Assembly (NCBI GenBank): GCA_025201805.1
Contig: MU619327.1
Span: forward strand, 44,462-93,796
Length of the DNA stretch: 49,335 nucleotides
Source of the DNA: Parasitella parasitica NRRL 2501
Taxonomy: Eukaryota; Fungi; Mucoromycota
Reading direction: 5' to 3'
Below the pieces are notes generated by a model that was not told the origin of the DNA, ran no database searches, and worked only from the letters and a program-made list of their open reading frames with translations. A program made the translations under genes and the position numbers. Shown piece after piece: positions 43,834 to 49,335 of this stretch; position 1 is the stretch's first letter; the number at the start of each line of letters is the position of its first letter.

Positions 43834-44291
43834 TAAATTTCGTGTCGAGTTTGGTTTACGATGAATTACCTGGCACATCTGTATGTCATCTGCATTCTCG
43901 GCCCACTTGACTAGTACAAGCAACTTCAAGAACTGTTTCCTTACAAATGTTGTGTAGGTCAATATCTGTCGTTTTTTTTCCACATCGCCCATGGATGGTA
44001 GTCTGCGTAGATGCGTAAGAATAACAAAGAAAGCTACAAGGCTGCAGAAACTTACGTTTCACTCAATGTCACTAAATCAGCATGAGCCTTGTGGATCAAC
44101 TTTCCAATCAACGCCTTCAAAGGTACCATGCTAGCCATTTCTACAGGTAAAACCACTCTTTCATCATCTCCAGCGTCTTTGATGGTCTCCTGAACAGCGT
44201 TCAAGGGCTTTCCATTTATCTCTTCATGTTTAGTATATCCATTTGTCTTTGTTGATTCTGTATCTTCTGTGGGTGACAATGTTGGTTGCAT
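39887..44291 (-). CDS. MED14: Mediator subunit Med14 (Rgr1), multi-exon
   Basis: N-terminal Med14 motifs VPL..LI...AHADLVTLSETLP, KKRQIL....RKQFLKLLVLVKW, ARLRNFDIPTAVDILTTGTYQRMP, YRIENGRIYFSIKNEFEVALT. The upstream exons checked splice in frame; the C-terminal ORF ends at 39887. Confidence 0.92.
43762..43831. repeat. 70-nt poly(T) (poly(A) on the sense strand) in a MED14 intron
   Basis: Direct count; lies between the branch-like TACTAA and the AG acceptor. Confidence 0.9.
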
Positions 44292-44716
44292 ACTCTTATA
44301 AACACAAATAAATGGTTATTTCGCGAAAAAAAAAAAGCAAGTGAGCAACAAAATGTTGGTTGGTTTCTTTTTTATTTGCAAAAAAGAGCTTCACCCTACG
44401 TCACCCCAGCCTGTTCAGAAGCATTTTGGACATCAGAGAGCAGAAATCAGTACGAGAGACGATATGTCTCATGAACAGAAAGTATGCATGATTACAGAGA
44501 TTAATCGAACACACCTTTAGGTCCATCAACTTGTTGGGAAATTTCTAGGATGACCAAAATTCTAGTTTTGTTTCGATGAGTCCTCATTGGTTTGGTTTGG
44601 TTTGGTTGTTTTCTTGCGTTTTCTTGTGTTTTCTTCTGTGAAATTCTTTTTTTTTTAAAAGGCAAAAAAGCACACGTTTCTGCTTCTTTCAACTATACAA
44701 AAATCTCAATATTGAC

Positions 44717-45596
44717 ATGGTTTCTGCAAAGAAATTTGCCCATCTAACTGTTCTTCTATTAGCAAACACAATTACAGTTGCTTACATCTACAAGTACCAT
44801 AAAGACGATGTCCTGGAAGGTAACAAAAAAAAAAAAAAAAGGATGAAGCAATGCAAGAAATAAAATAATTCTAAACCTCGAGCATACACATTAAGCTATA
44901 CAAAATACAGCAGTTCGCCTGAGAGCTATGCCGTACAGCCCTTTAATAATGATACTTCTGACCTGTCTCTGTGCAAATCCTCCCATGCTGGGGCATGCCT
45001 TCTGTATTACTATGTGTGGATATATATTTGGTTTTCCTAAAGGATGTCTTCCTGCCGCTTGTGGCACCTTCTTGGGCGGCATTGTCACATTTACTGTAGT
45101 AAGGAAAATGAATCTTGGTCGCTTCATTAGAAAAATATCAATCAGAAAGCAAGAGACATTCAATGCCATGTCAATTGCCATTAGCCAAGGAGGCTTCAAG
45201 ATAGCTTTCTTGATCCGCATCTGTCCTCTTCCTTGGCAAGTGTCCAGCGCCATCTTGTCGCTTTGCGATGCTGTAAGCTTCAAAACTTATTGTTCAGCGG
45301 CTTTTCTGGTTTCTTTTAAAACAGGCATAGAAGTCTGGATTGGGTCGCAATTAGCAACGTTAACCGACGGCACCTTGCCGCCTGAAGCACATAAAGTTGC
45401 ATTAATAACAATGGGTGTTGGGATGACTGTTCTTGTTATTGTTGCGCTATGGCTGTATAGGTTGACAATGCGACAGGTGCAAGAAATGCAAGGAACCACT
45501 GGCACTGTCCATGACGAACAGATGGCCTTATTACACAATCACCTGGAGCAAGAGGCTGTATCAGACCTAAATGTAAAAATATCGACTATCGCTTAA
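44717..45596 (+). CDS. TVP38: TVP38/TMEM64 (VTT, SNARE-associated Golgi) family membrane protein, 2 exons
   Basis: Exon 44717-44819 splices to 44896 in frame; PPMLG, GYIFGF..G, GTFLG, GFKIAFLIRICPLPW motifs. Confidence 0.85.
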
Positions 45597-45689
45597 TCTT
45601 TTTTGCTATTTATTGTATATTCCCCATTGATTTGCCGATATTGTGTATAAAAGCTAAAGACTAATATTATGTCATTTTTCGAGATAATC

Positions 45690-46050
45690 ATCCTCGATTG
45701 ACTACATGGTAGAGCAATTCAAACTCTTTTGTCTTTTAATGAGTAAAAATATCATGCATTTTAGCTAGTCAGTCTGAAAGCTTGAATAGTCTTGAAACTG
45801 CTGCTTCTCCAACTTGAAAGCCTATTTTCCACAGACATAAATGCCCCTGTTAAGTTTCAACAGAGATATGACTGGGAAGTTAAACGGTTAAACTCTGATC
45901 TAGATTTCGAGACTAACTGCATCTTCATTGATAAAACAGCATTACACATCAATTTGAAAAGAGCAATGGAAAAGCGGAGAGGATTCATCATTGAGACACC
46001 TACAACAAAAAGCAAACAACGACGATCCTAGGCGCCTTATCATTCACTAT
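45690..46050 (+). mobile_element. IS630/Tc1-like DDE transposase remnant (pseudogene)
   Basis: NAPVKFQQRYDW...SDLDFETNCIFIDKTALHINLKRAM...TPTTKS, then frameshifted TTILGALS. This follows the Mucorales IS630/Tc1 pattern RxDW..DMDFxxNCVFxDESxFHINxKR...TTILGAI; DE has decayed to DK and the rest of the DDE domain is missing. Confidence 0.8.
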
Positions 46051-46900
46051 TTGGTCAAAAGTAAGAAGACCGTAACAGGCTTCTGGGGAGACAAAAAAAA
46101 GTTGTTGCGCACAACTAAAGCAATTCACCATATGGATACAGCGGAGGGGCCAGTCGGACGGGTTATTCTTTGTCTTTATTGATTTTATTGGGGTTATACA
46201 TGAGTCTTTCGACGTTCTTCATCTTTCTGATTTGGGGAGCAATCACTGTCTTGTACATTTTAATTAAAGCAAGCTCCTCGATGTTTCTGTCATGGCTCCT
46301 CAGGAGCCTCTCGATTAGCAGAAATTAGCTCATTGAGACTTTTCTTGTCTTTTTTGGGCGACTTCTTCTCTAAGGCGGCCCCTTTGCAATCAGTAATTTT
46401 GTCAACCAAAAATTTCTCATCATACAAATAGCCTTTTCCACACAGTCGTGACATTTGCATGAAGATTCTGCTTGCACCGTAATTAAATTTGATGTCCTTC
46501 AATCTTTGCAAAGCAAGATTTTTGTAATATTAAATACTGAGCAGCATTTGCTGCAGCGTTTTCTTTTCTGACCTTGTGTATTGACCATGTAATACCAGAT
46601 AGACAAACTTGAAGCAAATAATGGCATGCATTTTTCTTAATAAAACCAGATAAAAAACTGAAGACTTTTATTGGCATAAGATACGATCCTAATCAATGTT
46701 CACCAACATAACATCTGATGTTTGACAAGAAGTGACAAACGGTATTCAATCTCGACATTTCCAGGGCAGACCTATTCTTCTATTTTACATTGAAAAGAAG
46801 ATTGGGTAGGATGTCTCCCCAAAATTCTGCGACCTGATCTTATTGCAATTGTTGTGCCAGAAAGGCATGAGATTAAGCAATTATTAGATTGGTAATTCTT
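46050..46900 (-). pseudogene. Decayed coding sequence with multiple stops and frameshifts, probably transposon-borne
   Basis: Overlapping partial ORFs 46483-46677 and 46290-46511 and further reading-frame fragments, with no clear intron structure; abuts the IS630/Tc1 remnant. Confidence 0.45.
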
Positions 46901-47893
46901 TGTGTAAAATGACAAGGAACAAGCTATTAATGTACAATAGAACATGTAATAAACATGGTATTACATACCAAGTTCAATGTTTAACCATGATGACAAATAG
47001 TATTACAATAAATATAATCTAGTATAAAAAGATGGCATTTTCTTATCAATAAAGTCATTAGTTTTCGTGTCTGATTTTATTTTTATAAAGTTATACATTT
47101 TTTGAGCAGATCATATTTATATATCCTCTGCGCATAACAGTAATCTTTGAATATTTTAGAATTTTGCAAGAGGTTCAAGTAAACCTTGTAGCTTATTCCT
47201 TGTTTGCAAAAGAATTACCAATAATTAATATCATGATCCTTATATTATACCTAAGTTAGATATCCCATATACAGCTTTTCAATGGATACAAAATAGTAGT
47301 AAATAAGTTCTAAAGATCATATCGAGATACAAGGGTAAGTTTATAGCGTTACCTTTGCTAATAATGTCATCTCTAGCCTAAACCTTACACATATCGTATA
47401 GATCTATATTATAAATCTTATTCACTATGCACATATGTAGTTTACATCAATTTAAGGTTACTGGACTATTCTAGAAGTAAAATGTAAATCATTATGATAA
47501 ATCAATTTCTCATTTAGCATTGACTTGGCGCTATCTGGAAACAACAATTGCGTCCATGTTTTTATCGATATCTATAGAGTTATCAGATGACATCACAAAT
47601 TTTCATATCAGGAATTGCATATAATCGATGATAGGCTTCGATAAAGAACAAAATAAACACTGTGTTGTGCGCCACAAGAACAGGCATGATCATCGCTATA
47701 TGAGCATAACTTGCTTTCCACTGGGCCATGTCTCTATCAAAAGTTATCTGGATCAAACGTTTTCCGGATTTCTGTATCGGAGTTTGAAATTTAATCACGT
47801 GTTTTTTGATGATTTTGTGGACCGTATAACCATAGTTGGGCCATTCTTGAAAATAAGCATTTAATTGAGCAGGTTTGAGAATTTAATTCAGTG

Positions 47894-47919
47894 ATTTGGG
47901 TGCCCAAGGGCACCCAAAT
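47894..47919. repeat. Perfect 12-bp GC-rich inverted repeat (hairpin)
   Basis: ATTTGGGTGCCC-AA-GGGCACCCAAAT in very AT-rich surroundings. Confidence 0.9.
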
Positions 47920-48490
47920 TTTAAGGGGTATTTGACATTTTTGAAAAATTTATTTGGAATAATTATATAAATAAAGAATAGGAATAGAGGTAAAAGAAAT
48001 TAATTTGCTTATGAATTGTGGAAAATGTATTTAAAGATTTATGCAGGAATCTTCACCCCTCATTGTTAGTTAAAATTTAGCGTTTAAGCATGGTAATGGC
48101 TGATAAGAGCTTTGTCTATTTGTTTTGAGCTGCTTAACATGTCTTCCAGTGCAGCTTTCTTGTCTGCATTTTCCACATTTTGTCATGAACTGGCTGGGGG
48201 TAGAGGGCAAGGTAGTGCAGAGTGATATCAGGGAGATACTTTACGATTAATGTTTGCTTGATTGCTTGTATTTTGAATGTTTATTGATATAAATATAACA
48301 AGATAACTGATGAGGAGAGAATGAAAGATGTGTCCAAGTGGCAGGTATTTATAAGAAAGAAAAGTGCAAGACTATTAATACATGAAACGTATTAACATCT
48401 GATTTATCTGATAGAGTGCAGCTGATGTTGCTGATTATGCATGCAGGTGGGCGTGGGTACATGAATTGGCCTTTGTTATGCATGGTTGTA

Positions 48491-49335
48491 TCATGTGAGT
48501 GTTTCAGGCATTCGTTTGTATGTTTCAAGACTGTGCATGCATGATGTTGATTCAGATGATGTTTGTTTATATGTTTCAGAACTGCGCATGCATGATGTTT
48601 TTCCCATGGTTATTACTGACGTTAGTTGATTCATGACACATTTGTTGATACAAAAAAATCTTTTGGAGCTTCCTGGACATTCGTCGATCTTGCAAACCGT
48701 GCAGTGTCTTTTTCTTTTTTTACTTGCAAAATTAACAGACAAAGAAGAAGTGATGTTACGCGGCAAAGGTAAAGAAAGCGAGCTTGAGATCTGTCTGGAG
48801 TGATACAAAGGTAAAATTTTTGGTAATTTAGAGGTCAAAGGTGAGAGTATACCAGCAGGAAAGTGTTGTTGTTGTGGAGCAGTAGGTGCTGACAAAGTCG
48901 GAATCGAAGTGTCAAACCTTGATGCATCTTCGACAAGTGCACGGACAGATTGAGATATTGCAATATTTTTCAAGACAGTGTTCCCATATTTTTCACGATC
49001 TTCTACAATGTTGTAGTAGGCTCTTAGATGACCAGGAGTTTTGTAATAAATATTGCTGTTTGCAAGACAATACTTGGTGTTCCATATGAAGGCAAACAAA
49101 TGGAAGTCTGGTTTTTTCGCATTGAATGGTTGATATATCTGCGTATCTTCATGGTTTTGTGTTTTCAAAAGTGTTTCAAACAGAAAATTTTCTTCGTTTG
49201 TGTGCACTGCCGCAACTGCGTAAAGTGTACCTTGACAACTGGAAAGAAATTGATACATAAATTTGCTTTTAGAGTATCCGATCGGTGGCAGTCGAATGGT
49301 AGACAAGGATGCAAGTTCCATAATCCTTTTTTTGT
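48491..49335 (-). mobile_element. C-terminal part of a probable transposon-encoded protein (5' truncated by the window) with a terminal Cys cluster
   Basis: Frame stays open to the window edge. YQFL..CQGT.YAV..VHT.EE..LF, F..F...WN, IYYKTPGHL..YY and RHCTVCKIDECPG.....C resemble, from memory, C-termini of multicopy fungal DUF6729-type proteins. Intronless within the window. Confidence 0.5.

Noticed and set aside
47500-47865. Short ORFs 47583-47798 and 47628-47864
   Set aside because: No recognisable motifs or gene structure; probably decayed TE sequence but unassignable.

Overview
Intron-rich, AT-rich fungal genomic DNA. The short 50-70 nt GT-AG introns, the gene repertoire and the transposon remnants fit an early-diverging (Mucorales-like) fungus; the species cannot be named from sequence. 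Two dense housekeeping-gene islands are present. The first (~4.3-19.5 kb) holds RPL14, an Est1/SMG5/6-like TPR-PIN protein, a DUSP-type USP deubiquitinase, SET2, ISA1 and a WWE-like hypothetical. The second (~31.4-45.6 kb) holds a hypothetical, PET117, a Ubl-eS31 fusion, an Rsc7/Swp82-like gene, UBC7, TIM23, PFA4, MED14 and a TVP38-like gene. A gene-poor spacer between them carries an ML-domain gene, a 4-finger C2H2 transcription factor, a degenerate ~171-bp tandem repeat and a Helitron remnant. The right end holds transposon debris: an IS630/Tc1-like transposase fragment, a decayed ORF with faint Fanzor1-like motifs, a GC-rich hairpin and a truncated TE-like ORF. The most notable observation is an eS31 (S27a) ribosomal protein fused not to ubiquitin but to a ~51%-identical ubiquitin-like domain lacking the Ile44 patch. 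All gene models were spliced by hand and family calls rest on remembered motifs, not database searches.
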